Positions 1 to 14,770 of a stretch of DNA of 64,000 bases are shown here, piece by piece. This DNA is from Rhabdothermincola salaria. Its GTDB lineage: Bacteria > Actinomycetota > Acidimicrobiia > Acidimicrobiales > Acidimicrobilacustridaceae. Position numbers and translations under genes: made by a program. The notes below the pieces were generated by a model, which searched no databases, was not told where the DNA came from, and saw nothing but the letters and a program-made list of their open reading frames with translations. The DNA lies in assembly GCF_021246445.1 (NCBI RefSeq), contig NZ_JAJQXW010000001.1, forward strand, positions 744,001-808,000, given 5' to 3'. How positions within the stretch are numbered: position 1 is the stretch's first letter; each line of letters opens with the position of its first letter.

Positions 1-34
1 GGCGCACCGACGCCCCACGGGTGACCGGGGCCGG

Positions 35-1282
35 TCAGGCCCAGGGGCCCACCGTGCGGAAGGCGAAGGGGCTGGCACCGGCCGGGACGGCCTCGAGGGG
101 CCGGGTCAACTCGTCGTGGGTCGGGGCGCCGATGGCCGAGGCGACGCCGGCCAGGGCGCTGGCGTCGAGCCCGTACACCTCGATGGCGGTGCCCCCCACC
201 ATGGCCCGCACGACGTCCTCGGGGAGGTCGGCGAAGGTGTGGCGCAGCGACAGCAGGCTGTAGGGGGTGTCGCCCACCTGGAACGTGCTCTCCATGTGCG
301 GGTAGTCCGAGCCCCACATGACCCGATCGGCGTAGCCGTCACGCACCGCCCCGTGGGCCTCGGCCCGGGACAGGAAGCTGGCACCGATGAACACGTTGCG
401 GTGCAGGTACTCCGACGGCCGCTTCGGGACCTGGCGGGCCAGGGCCCCTCCGTAGCTGGTGTTGGCCATGTGCACGGTGTCGAGCTCGGTGACCAGGTAG
501 GGCCACCACTCCCCGGGCTGCTCGGTGAGCACCAGCTTGAGATCGGGATGGCGCTCGAAGACGCCGGCGAACACGAGCAGGTGGGCGGCGCGGCGGCTGA
601 ACCACCCGCCGCTCTCGATGGACATGAGCGCCACCAGCTCGGGGCCCTGGAACACCGCCGGGTCGCCGGCCCCCGAATGGGTGGTCAGCGGCATCGACAG
701 CTCCTCGGCCGCCTCCCACAGAGGCTCCCAGGCCCGATCGTTGTAGGGACGCAGCCAGGTTCGAGGGGCAGGGAAGTTGATCCCCCGCAACCCGGCCTCG
801 GCGGCCCAACGCACCTCGGCGACGGCGGCGTCGACGTCCCACATCGGCAGGTGGGCCAGGCCGATGTGGCGAGGGGCGCCGGCGGCGCACATCTCGGCCA
901 GCCAGGTGTTGTAGATGCGGATGCCGACGGCGGCCAGCTCGGGATCGTCGGGGGGCCCGAGCATCGAGGTCTGGAACGGGATGGGCTGGTTGTTCTGGCT
1001 CCCGTGGAAGACCACCTCGGCGGCGATGCCCTCGAAGTCGAGGTCGCGCCGGCGGGCGTCGGGGTCGTGGTGACCCGGTGTCCACTGGTTGCGCCACGGC
1101 GACAACGGGTCGTCGTTGCTGGGGTCGTGCTCGACGTAGCGGCCCCGGCTGCGCTCGCCGTCGGCCACGTAGGCGTCGAAGGCGGCGAGGTGCTCGGGTG
1201 GGCACAGTGGGCGCAGGTCCTCTTCGAGTCTCGGGCCGATGTGGCAGTCGGCCGAGACGATCACCACCGGGTCGTCGCTCAT
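35..1282 (-). CDS. Amidohydrolase family protein (amidohydro_2 type)
   Basis: MSDDPVVIVSADCH start after GGAGGGGG SD; LTTHSG, VFERHPDLKLVLTE and MWGSDYPH motifs. True start is well inside the 661-aa track ORF. Confidence 0.85.
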   Translation of the reverse strand: MSDDPVVIVSADCHIGPRLEEDLRPLCPPEHLAAFDAYVADGERSRGRYVEHDPSNDDPLSPWRNQWTPGHHDPDARRRDLDFEGIAAEVVFHGSQNNQPIPFQTSMLGPPDDPELAAVGIRIYNTWLAEMCAAGAPRHIGLAHLPMWDVDAAVAEVRWAAEAGLRGINFPAPRTWLRPYNDRAWEPLWEAAEELSMPLTTHSGAGDPAVFQGPELVALMSIESGGWFSRRAAHLLVFAGVFERHPDLKLVLTEQPGEWWPYLVTELDTVHMANTSYGGALARQVPKRPSEYLHRNVFIGASFLSRAEAHGAVRDGYADRVMWGSDYPHMESTFQVGDTPYSLLSLRHTFADLPEDVVRAMVGGTAIEVYGLDASALAGVASAIGAPTHDELTRPLEAVPAGASPFAFRTVGPWA

Positions 1283-1347
1283 GGTTCCCCCTCCAAGGTC
1301 TCGCCGCACCTTAGTGAGCCGGGTCGCCCGGGCTCGGGCGCCGGAGC

Positions 1348-2359
1348 TCAGTCCAGGGCGTCGGGGTCGCGTCGGGGGCGCCACCCCTGCAGCAGCCGGG
1401 TGTAGTTGACCCGCTCGAAGGCGTGGGGGTCGGCCACGTTGTCGAACGCAGTGGCCCCACGCGCTTCGTCGACCGTGCGGTAGCCACCCTCGTCGAGCCA
1501 GGCGACCAGCTCGTCGCGGATCGAGGCCAGGCCCGGCGCCCCGCCGACCAACAGCGCGGACGCCACCTGTACGGCGGAGGCGCCGCACAGGATGGCCTTG
1601 GCCGCGTCGTGGCCACGGTGCACCCCGCCGGTGGAGCCGAGGGAGAGGTCCACCCGCCCGTGCAGCAGGGCCAGGGCGTGGAGGCGCAGGGGCAGCTCGT
1701 CGGGAGAGGACAGGGTGAGGTGGCGATCGACGTCGAGGGTGTCGAGGTCGATGCCCGGTTGGTAGAAGCGGTTGAAGACGGTGACACCGGCGGCGCCGGC
1801 CGCGGCCAGACGGACCACGAACGCCGGCAGCGCGGTGTAGAAGGGCGAGAGCTTCACGGCCACCGGCACGTCGACGGCGGCGACCACTTCCTCCACCACG
1901 GTGATCTGGCGGCCCTCCACCTCGGCGCTCGACTCGTCGGTGGCGGTCACCACGTCGTAGAGGTTGAGTTCGATGGCGTCGGCGCCGGCGTCGGCCATCT
2001 GGCGGGCGATGTCGGTCCACCCGCCCGGGGTCACCCCGTTGAGCGAGCCCAGCACGGGCACGTCGACCGCGGCCCGCACCGCGGCGAGGTGGGCCAACGC
2101 CGGTTCGGGCCCGAGGGAGAAGACCTCCGACTCGGGCAGGAACGAACGGGCCTCGGCGTCGGTGTCGACGTAGCTGTCGATGAGGCGGTGGGCGGCCAGC
2201 TGCTCGGCCACGATCTGCTCCTCGAACACCGAGCGCACGACCACGGCACCGGCTCCGGCGTCGACGTAGCCGGGCAGGGCCTCGACGTCGTCGGCCACGG
2301 GGGAGGCCCCCACCACGAGCGGGCTGGGCACGCGCAGACCCAACCAGGAGGTGGACAGG

Positions 2360-2367
<8 letters not shown>
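1348..2367 (-). CDS. Dihydroorotate dehydrogenase-like FMN protein (PFOR-associated type)
   Basis: MVDLSTSWLGLRVPSPLVVGASP, AIELNLY, VAVKLSPFY, FNRFYQP, STGGVH motifs; start overlaps nifJ stop. Confidence 0.85.
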
Positions 2368-5929
<3,562 letters not shown>

Positions 5930-6072
5930 CGGCACACCTCCCTCGCGGGGAACCTACCGGCCCGGACCTCGGGGCGACACGGCCATCCGACCCCACCTGG
6001 CCGGCTCATCGGACACAGAGGGTTCACGAGATCCGGGTCGTGGGGCCCGCTTCCGTCTGCAAGCCTCGCGGG

Positions 6073-8796
6073 GTGACGTCTCCTCTCGACGATGCCCTGC
6101 GGGCCGACATCCGCCGCCTCGGACAGCAACTGGGCGACACCCTGATCCGCCAGGAAGGACGCGAGTTCTACGACCTGGTGGAGGAGGTGCGGGCCCTGGC
6201 CAAGCAGATCCGGGTGGGCGGCGACCGGCTGGCGTTGCTCGACCGCCTGGCCGGCATCGACGAGGTGACGGCCATCCGGATGGTGCGCGCCTTCAGCTCG
6301 TACTTCCACCTCGCCAACATCGCCGAGCAGGTCCACCGCCAGGCCGACCTGGTGGGGCCGTCGGAGCCTGCCATCGGGTTCGCCGCGTCCGGGGACACGC
6401 CGCGGCCGGTCTCGGTCGAGACGCTCGCCACCCTGGCCCGGAACCTCGACGTCCGTCCGGTGTTCACCGCCCACCCGACCGAGGCGACGCGGCGGACCGT
6501 GGCCCACAAGCGCCGCCAGATCGCCGACCTGTTGATGGCTCGCGGCGACCCTCGAGGCGACGACGCAGCTCGGGCCCGCATCGATCGCCACGTGGCCGAG
6601 ACCATCGACCTGCTCTGGCAGACCGACGAGCTGCGTCGCCGGAAGCCGACACCCGTCGACGAGGCCGCGAACGTCCTCGCCGTGCTCGACGACCTGCGCC
6701 GAGACGTCGTGCCCGGACTGTTGGAGGACTGGGCCGAGAGCCTCCGTCGGGCCGGCGTCGACCCCGACCCCACGCGGCGGCCCCTCCGCTTCGGCACCTG
6801 GGTGGGCGGCGACCGCGACGGCAACCCGTACGTGACCCCTGCGGTCACCCGCGACGTGCTCGGCACCCAGCGTCGGATGGCTCTCGACGGGGCGATCGAA
6901 GGGGTCGACGTCCTCATCAGCGAGCTGTCCGGGTCCACCGCGGTGCGGGGCTGCAGCGACGAGCTGGTCCAGCACCTGGCCCGCGAGGCCGAGGTGCTGC
7001 CCCGGGTGCAGGCCCGTTTCGGGGAGCTCGACGCCGAAGAGCCGTACCGTCTGGCCCTCACCTTCGTCCGCGACCGCCTGGAACGCACCCGGGCCGACCG
7101 TCGCGAGGGCTACGCGGACGTGGACGGGCTCGTCGCCGACCTGCTGCGCCTCCGGCGCTCGCTGATGGCGTCGCGCGGTGAGCGCATCGCCCAGGGGCCG
7201 CTCGACCGCTACCTGCGCACCGTGGTGGCGTTCGGGTTCGTCATGGCCACCATGGACATCCGCGAGGACGCGTCGGCGCACCACGACCTGTTGGCGGTCC
7301 TCTACGAGCGTCTCCCCGGCGCGACCACCTCCTACCGTGAGCTCGACCGTGAGGCCCGCATCGACCTGTTGGGGGCCGAGCTGGCGTCGGGGCGCCCGCT
7401 CGCCCCGCCCGGTCTGCGCCTCGACGAACGGCTGGGCGCCACACTCGAGCTCTTCGCCACCATCGACACCCAGCTGCGGCGCGTGGGGGCCGAGGCCATC
7501 GAGTCCTACATCGTGTCGATGGCGATGGACGTCGACGACGTGCTGGCACCGGCGGTGCTGGCCATGGACGCCGGGCTGGTCAGCGTCGCCGACGGCGTGG
7601 CCCGTCTCGGTTTCGTGCCGCTGTTCGAGACGCCCGATGCCCTCGAGCGGGCACCCGACGTCCTGCACCGCCTGCTGTCGGTCCCCGCGTATCGGCGTCT
7701 CGTCGAACTGCGAGGCGATCACCAGGAGGTGATGCTCGGGTACTCCGACTCCAACAAGATCGGCGGGACCACCACCTCGCTGTGGGGCATCCATCGGGCG
7801 ATGCGCGCCGTGCGCGACGTCGCCGCCGAGCACGGCGTGGTGCTCACCCTCTTCCACGGCCGCGGGGGCACCACCGGTCGGGGCGGGGGGCCGACGGCCG
7901 ACGCCATCCTCGCCCAGCCGGCTGGGGTGCAGCGGGGGTCGATCAAGATCACCGAGCAGGGCGAGGTCATCTCCGACAAGTACGCCACCCCGGAGCTGGC
8001 CCGCCACAACCTGGCCACGACCATGGGGGCAGTCGTCGAGGGAGCCCTCTTCCACACCGAGTCGCGTCTGTCGGACGATCGCCTGGCCCGGTGGGACGAG
8101 ATCATGGACCTCGTCTCGGACGCCTCCCGCCGGGCCTACCGCGAACTGCTCGAGCACCCGTCCCTGGTCGCCTACTTCCGCAGCTCCACGCCGGTCGACG
8201 AGCTGGCCGGTCTCAACATCGGCTCCCGGCCGGCGTCGCGGTCCACACCGGGTTCGCCCGGGGGTCGCGGGCCCGACGGAGTCGAGCAGCTGCGGGCCAT
8301 CCCGTGGGTCTTCGGGTGGACGCAGTCCCGCCAGAACGTCCCCGGGTGGTACGGGGTGGGCCGGGGGCTGGCCGCCGCCCGCGACGCCGGCCACGGCGAC
8401 GAGCTGGCCGAGATGGCCAGCGGGTGGCCCTTCTTCCGCAGCTTCTTGTCCAACGTCGAGATGGTGCTGGCCAAGACCGACCTCGGGATCGCCTCGCTCT
8501 ACGTCGACCGCCTCGTCGATCCCGACGATCGGGACCCGTTCGCCCTCATCGAGGGCGAGTACGCCACGACCGTCGGCGAGGTCCTCCGGGTGCTCGACCA
8601 GGGCGAGCTGCTCGAGGACAGCGCCGCGCTGGCGCGCACCCTCGAGCTGAGGGATGCCTACCTCGAGCCCCTCCACGTCGTGCAGGTCGAGCTGCTGTGC
8701 CGGGCCCGCGCCGACGACGACCCCTCGCCGACGTTGCGTCGGGCCCTGCTGCTGTCGATCAACGGGATCGCCAACGGCTTGCGCAACACCGGCTGA
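6073..8796 (+). CDS. ppc: Phosphoenolpyruvate carboxylase
   Basis: VFTAHPTE, GGDRDGNP, QEVMLGYSDSNK, FHGRGG-GRGG, LRAIPWVFGWTQSR, C-terminal GLRNTG; GTG start approximate. Confidence 0.97.
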   Translation: MTSPLDDALRADIRRLGQQLGDTLIRQEGREFYDLVEEVRALAKQIRVGGDRLALLDRLAGIDEVTAIRMVRAFSSYFHLANIAEQVHRQADLVGPSEPAIGFAASGDTPRPVSVETLATLARNLDVRPVFTAHPTEATRRTVAHKRRQIADLLMARGDPRGDDAARARIDRHVAETIDLLWQTDELRRRKPTPVDEAANVLAVLDDLRRDVVPGLLEDWAESLRRAGVDPDPTRRPLRFGTWVGGDRDGNPYVTPAVTRDVLGTQRRMALDGAIEGVDVLISELSGSTAVRGCSDELVQHLAREAEVLPRVQARFGELDAEEPYRLALTFVRDRLERTRADRREGYADVDGLVADLLRLRRSLMASRGERIAQGPLDRYLRTVVAFGFVMATMDIREDASAHHDLLAVLYERLPGATTSYRELDREARIDLLGAELASGRPLAPPGLRLDERLGATLELFATIDTQLRRVGAEAIESYIVSMAMDVDDVLAPAVLAMDAGLVSVADGVARLGFVPLFETPDALERAPDVLHRLLSVPAYRRLVELRGDHQEVMLGYSDSNKIGGTTTSLWGIHRAMRAVRDVAAEHGVVLTLFHGRGGTTGRGGGPTADAILAQPAGVQRGSIKITEQGEVISDKYATPELARHNLATTMGAVVEGALFHTESRLSDDRLARWDEIMDLVSDASRRAYRELLEHPSLVAYFRSSTPVDELAGLNIGSRPASRSTPGSPGGRGPDGVEQLRAIPWVFGWTQSRQNVPGWYGVGRGLAAARDAGHGDELAEMASGWPFFRSFLSNVEMVLAKTDLGIASLYVDRLVDPDDRDPFALIEGEYATTVGEVLRVLDQGELLEDSAALARTLELRDAYLEPLHVVQVELLCRARADDDPSPTLRRALLLSINGIANGLRNTG

Positions 8797-8829
8797 CCAT
8801 CGGGTGGGCGGCGGTGTGGGCGGCGCGGC

Positions 8830-9741
8830 TCAGCGCCGCCCGCCGACCAGGGCGGCCGCCTCCACCCGGATCACCTCGGCCACGGCTGGCAGCAGATCGC
8901 GGTACACGCTGGTGCGGCGCCAGAACATGGCGATGTCCCGACGGGGCGGAGGGTCGGAGAAGTCGCGCAGCACGACGCTCGGGGAGGCGGGCACGGGCGG
9001 CTGGACGGCGAGCTCCGGCAGCAGCGTCACCCCCACCCCGGCGGCGACCATCTGGCGCAGGGTCTCGAGGCTGGTGGCGCGGAACCCGCTGCGCTCGGAG
9101 GCCCCGTTGAGCTGGCACACGGCGAGGGCCTGATCGCGCAGGCAGTGGCCCTCCTCCAGGAGCAGGACGTGCTCACCGGCCAACACCGAGCTCTCGATCG
9201 CGCCGGTGTCGGACGCCAGCGGGTGCTCGGCGGGCACGGCCAGGACGAAGTCCTCGGAGAAGAGGAGCTCCTCGTGCAGGAGGGGCTCGTGGATGGGCAG
9301 GGCCAGGACGCCGGCATCGAGCTGGCCGTCGCGCAGCCGCTCGACCACGACCTCGGTCTTTTCCTCGACGAGCAGCAGCTCGAGGTGCGGGAAGCGGGCG
9401 TGGAGAGGCCCGACGACGTGGGGGAGGAGGTAGGGGGCGAGGGTGGGGAACAGCCCGAGGCGGATGCTGCCCGACTCGGGATCGCGGGCCTGGGCGGCGA
9501 TGTGTCGGATCTGATCGGCCTCGGCGAGGATCGAGCGGGCTCGCTCGGCCACGAGCTCGCCGGCTCGGGTGAGCGTGATGTGGCCGGGGTTGCGCTCCAC
9601 CAGCTCGACCCCGAGCTCGGCTTCGAGCTTCTTGAGCTGGGTGGAGAGGGTCGGTTGGCTCACGAAGCTGGCCGCCGCGGCCTTGCCGAAGTGGCGGTGC
9701 TCGGCGACGGCGACGAGGTAGCCGAGATCACGAAGGTTCAT
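8830..9741 (-). CDS. oxyR: Hydrogen peroxide-sensing LysR regulator OxyR
   Basis: LysR HTH (HFGKAA..VSQPTLS); redox pair GHCLRDQALAVC; ATSLETLRQMV; downstream of ahpCF. Confidence 0.93.
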   Translation of the reverse strand: MNLRDLGYLVAVAEHRHFGKAAAASFVSQPTLSTQLKKLEAELGVELVERNPGHITLTRAGELVAERARSILAEADQIRHIAAQARDPESGSIRLGLFPTLAPYLLPHVVGPLHARFPHLELLLVEEKTEVVVERLRDGQLDAGVLALPIHEPLLHEELLFSEDFVLAVPAEHPLASDTGAIESSVLAGEHVLLLEEGHCLRDQALAVCQLNGASERSGFRATSLETLRQMVAAGVGVTLLPELAVQPPVPASPSVVLRDFSDPPPRRDIAMFWRRTSVYRDLLPAVAEVIRVEAAALVGGRR

Positions 9742-9826
9742 CGGTGCTCCCCGTCGGGTGCCGTGCTCCCGAGTCGATGGGCCGGACCGTGGCGGACGGT
9801 GACAACGGTCACCGCCCGCCCGGACT

Positions 9827-11419
9827 CTATGCCACCGCCGGCTCGGGGCTCTGGTCGGCGGGGGCCGAGCTGCGGATCAGGTGGTCGAACGCCGACAGGG
9901 CGGCCGTGGAGCCGGCACCCATGGCGATCACGATCTGCTTGTAGGGCACCGTGGTGCAGTCGCCGGCCGCGAACACGCCCTCGACGGAGGTCTGGCCGCG
10001 ATCGTCGATGACGATCTCGCCGCGGGGTGAGAGGTCAACGGCCCCTTCGAGCCACTCGGTGTTGGGGAGCAGGCCGATCTGGACGAACACGCCGTCGAGC
10101 TCGACGTGGCGGGACGCTCCCGTGGTGCGCTCCTCGTACACGAGGCCCGTCACCTTGGCGCCGTCGCCGACCACCTCGGTGGTGAGAGCGCTGACCACGA
10201 TGTCCACGTTGGGCAGGCTCCGGGCCTTGCGTTGCAGGACCTCGTCGGCCCGCAGGCGATCGTCGAACTCGAGGAGGGTCACGTGGCCGACCACCCCGGC
10301 CAGGTCGATGGCGGCCTCCACGCCGGAGTTGCCGCCCCCGATGACAGCCACCCGCTTGCCCTTGAACAAGGGGCCGTCGCAGTGCGGGCAGTAGGTCACG
10401 CCCTTGTTGCGGTACTCGGCTTCGCCGGGCACGCCCATGTTGCGCCACCGGGCGCCGGTGGACAGCACGACGGTGCGGGCCTGCACGGTGGCCCCGCTGG
10501 CCAGCTCCACGGTGGCCAGGCCACCGGGTTCGCCGGCGGGCACCAGGCGCGAGGCGGCCTGGAGGTCCATGACGTCGACGTCGTAGTCCTTCACGTGCTG
10601 CTCGAGCGCGGCGGCCAGCCGGGGTCCCTCCGTGTGGGGGACCGACACGAAGTTCTCGATCGCCATGGTGTCGAGGACCTGGCCACCGAAGCGCTCGGCG
10701 ACCACGCCGGTGCGGATGCCCTTGCGGGCGGCGTAGATCGCCGCCGAAGCGCCGGCGGGCCCACCGCCGACGACGAGGACGTCGAAGGGCTCCTTGGCGT
10801 CGATCTCGCCCGCCACCCGTTCGGCGGCACCGGTGTCGAGCTTGGCCACGATCTGCTCGAGGCTCATGCGCCCGGAGTCGAACAGCTCACCGTTCAGGAA
10901 CACGGTGGGCACCGCCATCACCTGGCGGGCGTCGACCTCGTCCTGGAACAGGGCACCGTCGATGGCCACGTGGCGCACTCGGGGGTTCAGCACGCTCATC
11001 AGGTTGAGGGCCTGGACCACGTCGGGGCAGTTCTGGCAGGACAGCGACATGTAGGTCTCGAAGGCGTAGTCGCCGTCGAGGGCCTGGACGGCCTGGATGA
11101 TCTCGGGGGTGGCCGTGGAGGGATGGCCGCCGACCTGCAGCAGGGCCAGCACCAGGGAGGTGAACTCGTGGCCCAGCGGGATGCCGGCGAAGCGCACCGA
11201 GATCTCGGTGCCCGGTGAGGTGATGGCGAAGGAGGGTCGGCGCTCGTCCTGGTCGGTGCGCACGACGCCGACACGATCGGACAGCGCGGCGATCTCGGCC
11301 AGCAGGTCGGCCAGCTCGCGGGACTTGGGGCCGTCGTCGAGGGAGGCCACCAGCTCGACCGGACGCTGGAGCTTCTCGAGGTGGGTGCGCAGTTGGGTCT
11401 TCAGGGCGTCGTCGAGCAC
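9827..11419 (-). CDS. ahpF: Alkyl hydroperoxide reductase subunit F
   Basis: [40 protein letters not shown]. Confidence 0.97.
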   Translation of the reverse strand: MLDDALKTQLRTHLEKLQRPVELVASLDDGPKSRELADLLAEIAALSDRVGVVRTDQDERRPSFAITSPGTEISVRFAGIPLGHEFTSLVLALLQVGGHPSTATPEIIQAVQALDGDYAFETYMSLSCQNCPDVVQALNLMSVLNPRVRHVAIDGALFQDEVDARQVMAVPTVFLNGELFDSGRMSLEQIVAKLDTGAAERVAGEIDAKEPFDVLVVGGGPAGASAAIYAARKGIRTGVVAERFGGQVLDTMAIENFVSVPHTEGPRLAAALEQHVKDYDVDVMDLQAASRLVPAGEPGGLATVELASGATVQARTVVLSTGARWRNMGVPGEAEYRNKGVTYCPHCDGPLFKGKRVAVIGGGNSGVEAAIDLAGVVGHVTLLEFDDRLRADEVLQRKARSLPNVDIVVSALTTEVVGDGAKVTGLVYEERTTGASRHVELDGVFVQIGLLPNTEWLEGAVDLSPRGEIVIDDRGQTSVEGVFAAGDCTTVPYKQIVIAMGAGSTAALSAFDHLIRSSAPADQSPEPAVA

Positions 11420-11472
11420 GGTGATCTCCTCGGATCGGGCGGACGGGGGGAGGTCCTGGCGGGAGGGGGAAG

Positions 11473-11506
11473 GGTCGGGGAACCGGCGGCGACCGGTTCC
11501 CCGACC
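11473..11506 (-). terminator. Perfect 14-bp stem-loop between ahpC and ahpF (partial terminator or mRNA stabiliser)
   Basis: GGTCGGGGAACCGG-cggcga-CCGGTTCCCCGACC, followed on the minus strand by a pyrimidine-rich run. Confidence 0.65.
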
Positions 11507-11512
11507 GGAGGG

Positions 11513-12076
11513 TCAGATCTTGCCGACGAGGTCCAGCGAGGGGGCCAGGGTGTCCTCGCCTTCCTCCCACTTGGCGGGGCAGACCTCGCCGGGGTGGTTG
11601 CGGACGTACTGGGCGGCCTTGACCTTGCGCAGCAGCTCGGTGGCGTTGCGGCCGATGCCCTCGGCCGTGATCTCCATGAACTGGATGACGCCGTCGGGGT
11701 CGACGAGGAACGTGCCGCGGTCGGCGAGGCCCTGGCCGTCGCGCATGACCTCGAAGTTGCGGGTGATCTCGCCGGTGGGGTCGCCGATCATCGGGTACTC
11801 GATCTTGGCGATGGTGTCCGACGTGTCGTGCCAGGCCTTGTGGGTGAAGTGGGTGTCGGTCGAGACCGAGTAGATCTCCACCCCCAGGCGCTGGAAGTCG
11901 GCGTAGTGGTCGGCCAGGTCGCCGAGCTCGGTGGGGCAGACGAAGGTGAAGTCGGCCGGGTAGAAGAACACCACCGACCAGGTGCCCTTCAGGTCCTCGT
12001 CGCTCACGGGGACGAAGTCGCCGTTGTGGTAGGCGGTGCTGGTGAAGGGCTTGATCTCGGTGTTGACGAGTGCCAT
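11513..12076 (-). CDS. ahpC: Alkyl hydroperoxide reductase subunit C (2-Cys peroxiredoxin)
   Basis: [14 protein letters not shown] and [15 protein letters not shown] before ATG 12076. Confidence 0.97.
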   Translation of the reverse strand: MALVNTEIKPFTSTAYHNGDFVPVSDEDLKGTWSVVFFYPADFTFVCPTELGDLADHYADFQRLGVEIYSVSTDTHFTHKAWHDTSDTIAKIEYPMIGDPTGEITRNFEVMRDGQGLADRGTFLVDPDGVIQFMEITAEGIGRNATELLRKVKAAQYVRNHPGEVCPAKWEEGEDTLAPSLDLVGKI

Positions 12077-12149
12077 CTGGGTTCCTCCGGGGGGATGTGT
12101 GTGGATAGGCACGCTAGATGGACAAGGCGGCGATCCATAGCGACAGACG

Positions 12150-12186
12150 ATCGTTTGGCCCCATCACGCCCATAGTCGAGGGCTAT
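12150..12186. promoter_or_regulatory. OxyR binding site upstream of ahpC
   Basis: ATCG-N7-CCAT-N7-ATAG-N7-CTAT, 14/16 match to ATAG-N7-CTAT-N7-ATAG-N7-CTAT; additional ATAG-N7-CGAT at 12137-12151. Confidence 0.8.
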
Positions 12187-12330
12187 CACCACTCCCAGTC
12201 GCGATCGTCGGCGCCGGGGCTCACGGCCCCGAGGAGGTCGTGTTCCGTCCGCCCGGGCGTCCGGGGCGGTGCGTCGTGAGCCAAGATGGCGGGGATCCGC
12301 CATGGGGGAGGATCGACGAGAGGGGCATCG

Positions 12331-13179
12331 ATGAGCAGTGAACGCGTCGCCGTGGTGACCGGCGCCAGCCGGGGGATCGGCAAGGGCATCGCCCTCGAGC
12401 TCGGAGCCTCGGGGGCCACCGTCTACGTCACCGGTCGCACGGTCACCGCCGGCGCCATGCCGGGGACCGTGGGCGAGACGGCCGCCGAGATCGACGACCT
12501 GGGCGGCCGCGGCATCGCGGTCGCCTGCGACCACCACGACGACGACCAGGTGACGGCCCTGTTCGATCGGGTGCGCACCGAGCAGGGACGCCTCGACGTG
12601 CTGGTGAACAACGTCTACTCGGCCCCCGACCTGGTGCCGTGGCTGGGCAAGCGCTTCTGGGAGCTGCCGGTCGAGGCGTGGGACCAGGTCATCGACATCG
12701 GCACCCGTTCGCACTACGTGGCCAGCGTGCTGGGCATGCCCCTGCTGCTGGCCGCCGGCGGCGGGCTGATCGTGAACATCTCCTCCTCGGGTGCGGTCAC
12801 CTACGCCCACAACGTCGTGTACGGCGTCGGCAAGGCGGCCGTCGACAAGATGACCGCGGACATGGCCGTCGACCTCGAGGGCACCGGGGTGAGCGTGGTG
12901 TCGCTGTGGCCCGGGCTGGTGCGCACCGAGCTGCTCGAGATGGGGGCGCAGTACGACGGCGACCAGGCCTATCTGGAGCTGCCGGGCGAGGGGCGCTTCG
13001 ACCTCTCCGGGGCGGAGTCGCCCCGCTTCCTCGGGCGGGCGGTCGTCGCCCTCCTCGGTGACGAGGGGCTCCCAGCTCGCACCGGACGGGCCTTCACGTC
13101 GGCCGGCCTCGCCCGTGAGCTCGGGTTCACCGACGTCGACGGTCGGGTACCCGAGGTGCTGCTGCGCCCCGAGGCGTGA
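12331..13179 (+). CDS. SDR family oxidoreductase
   Basis: VTGASRGIG, LVNN, YGVGK (YxxxK). Confidence 0.9.
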   Translation: MSSERVAVVTGASRGIGKGIALELGASGATVYVTGRTVTAGAMPGTVGETAAEIDDLGGRGIAVACDHHDDDQVTALFDRVRTEQGRLDVLVNNVYSAPDLVPWLGKRFWELPVEAWDQVIDIGTRSHYVASVLGMPLLLAAGGGLIVNISSSGAVTYAHNVVYGVGKAAVDKMTADMAVDLEGTGVSVVSLWPGLVRTELLEMGAQYDGDQAYLELPGEGRFDLSGAESPRFLGRAVVALLGDEGLPARTGRAFTSAGLARELGFTDVDGRVPEVLLRPEA

Positions 13180-13291
13180 GCGCGGCGTCGTCCGCCCCGG
13201 CCCGAGCCGATCGGGTCAGCGAGTGGAAACCCGACCGGAAGGTGGTTGGGCCACGCTGGGACCGATGGCGCGAACCGAGGAGGCCACGAGC

Positions 13292-14758
13292 ATGACCAAC
13301 GGCGATCCGCACGACATCAACAGCCACCTCGTCGACCCGGTCGACGCCCACGTCGTCGTGCTGTTCGGGGCCACCGGCGACCTGGCCCGGCGCAAGTTGA
13401 TCCCCGGGCTCTTCCACCTCTACCAGGCCGGCCTGCTGCGCCGCTGCCGTGTCCTCGGGGTGTCCCTCGACGACCTCGACGACGAGGGCTTCCGCTCGTT
13501 CGCCCGCGGCGCCGTCGACGAGTTCTCCCGTCGGGTGTTCTCCGACTCCGACTGGGCCCTCTTCTCGAGCTGTCTGCACCACATCGGCCAGGCCGAGGGC
13601 GCCGAGGCGCTGGCCGACCGGGTCTCCGCCCTCGAAGCCGAGCTGGGGGGCCAACCCCAACGGTTGCACTACCTGAGCGTGCCGCCGCGGGCCGCCCAGG
13701 AGGTGGTGGCCACGCTCGGCGCCGCCGGGCTCACCGACCGGGCGCGCATCGTCATGGAGAAGCCCTTCGGCACCGACCTGGCGTCGGCTTGCGAGCTCAA
13801 CGCCTCGCTGCACGAAGCCTTCGACGAGGACCAGATCTTCCGCATCGACCACTTCCTCGGCAAGGAGGCGGCGCTCAACATCCTGGCCTTCCGCTTCGCC
13901 AACGGGCTCTTCGAGCCGATCTGGAACCGCGAGCACATCGACCACGTCCAGATCGACGTGCCCGAGACCCTCAGCATCGGCCAGCGCATCGGCTTCTACG
14001 AGGGCACCGGGGCGTACCGGGACATGGTCGTCACCCACCTGTTCCAGGTCCTGGCCTTCATGGCCATGGAACCGCCCACCCACCTCGACTCGCGAGCCAT
14101 CCGCGAGGAGAAGAGCAAGGTCTTCCGCTCGCTCACGCCGCTCGAGCCGATGGACGTCGTGCGGGGGCAGTACAGCGGCTACCTCGACGAGCCGGGGGTG
14201 GCACCCCACTCCGACACCGAGACCTTCGTGGCGCTGCGCTGCGAGATCGACAACTGGCGCTGGGCGGGCGTGCCCTTCTACCTGCGTACCGGCAAGCAGC
14301 TGGCCGAGGGCGCCCGCATCATCTCGATCGCCTTCCGTGAACCGCCCAAGAGCATGTTCCCGGTCGGTTCCGGGGTGGGTGCCCACGGGCCGGACCACCT
14401 GACCTTCGATCTGGCCGACGTCTCCAAGCTGTCGCTGTCCTTCTACGGCAAGCGTCCCGGTCCGGGACTCACCCTCGACAAGCAGAGCCTGCAGTTCTCG
14501 CTGCACGAGACGGGTCGCAGCCACGACATCCTCGAGGCCTACGAGCGACTGATCCTCGACGCCATGGCCGGTGATCACACCCTCTTCAACTCCGCCGAGG
14601 GGGTCGAGCGCCTGTGGGAGGTGTCCCAGCCGCTGCTGGACAACCCACCGCCGGTACGGCCCTACCAGCCCGGCTCCTGGGGACCCAACGCCATCCACCA
14701 GCTCATCGCCCCCTACGCCTGGCGCCTTCCCTTCGAACGGCCCTGGCGCTCGAGCTGA
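13292..14758 (+). CDS. zwf: Glucose-6-phosphate 1-dehydrogenase
   Basis: FGATGDLARRKL, EKPFG, RIDHFLGKE, WAGVPFYLRTGK; GAGGAGG SD. Confidence 0.95.
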   Translation: MTNGDPHDINSHLVDPVDAHVVVLFGATGDLARRKLIPGLFHLYQAGLLRRCRVLGVSLDDLDDEGFRSFARGAVDEFSRRVFSDSDWALFSSCLHHIGQAEGAEALADRVSALEAELGGQPQRLHYLSVPPRAAQEVVATLGAAGLTDRARIVMEKPFGTDLASACELNASLHEAFDEDQIFRIDHFLGKEAALNILAFRFANGLFEPIWNREHIDHVQIDVPETLSIGQRIGFYEGTGAYRDMVVTHLFQVLAFMAMEPPTHLDSRAIREEKSKVFRSLTPLEPMDVVRGQYSGYLDEPGVAPHSDTETFVALRCEIDNWRWAGVPFYLRTGKQLAEGARIISIAFREPPKSMFPVGSGVGAHGPDHLTFDLADVSKLSLSFYGKRPGPGLTLDKQSLQFSLHETGRSHDILEAYERLILDAMAGDHTLFNSAEGVERLWEVSQPLLDNPPPVRPYQPGSWGPNAIHQLIAPYAWRLPFERPWRSS

Positions 14759-14770
14759 GGGTCGGCTCGC

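Noticed and set aside
6036..6049. GGGTC-GTGG-GGCCC resembling a DosR core box in the nifJ/ppc intergenic region
   Set aside because: An all-G/C pattern expected many times by chance at this GC content; AT-rich flanks are missing
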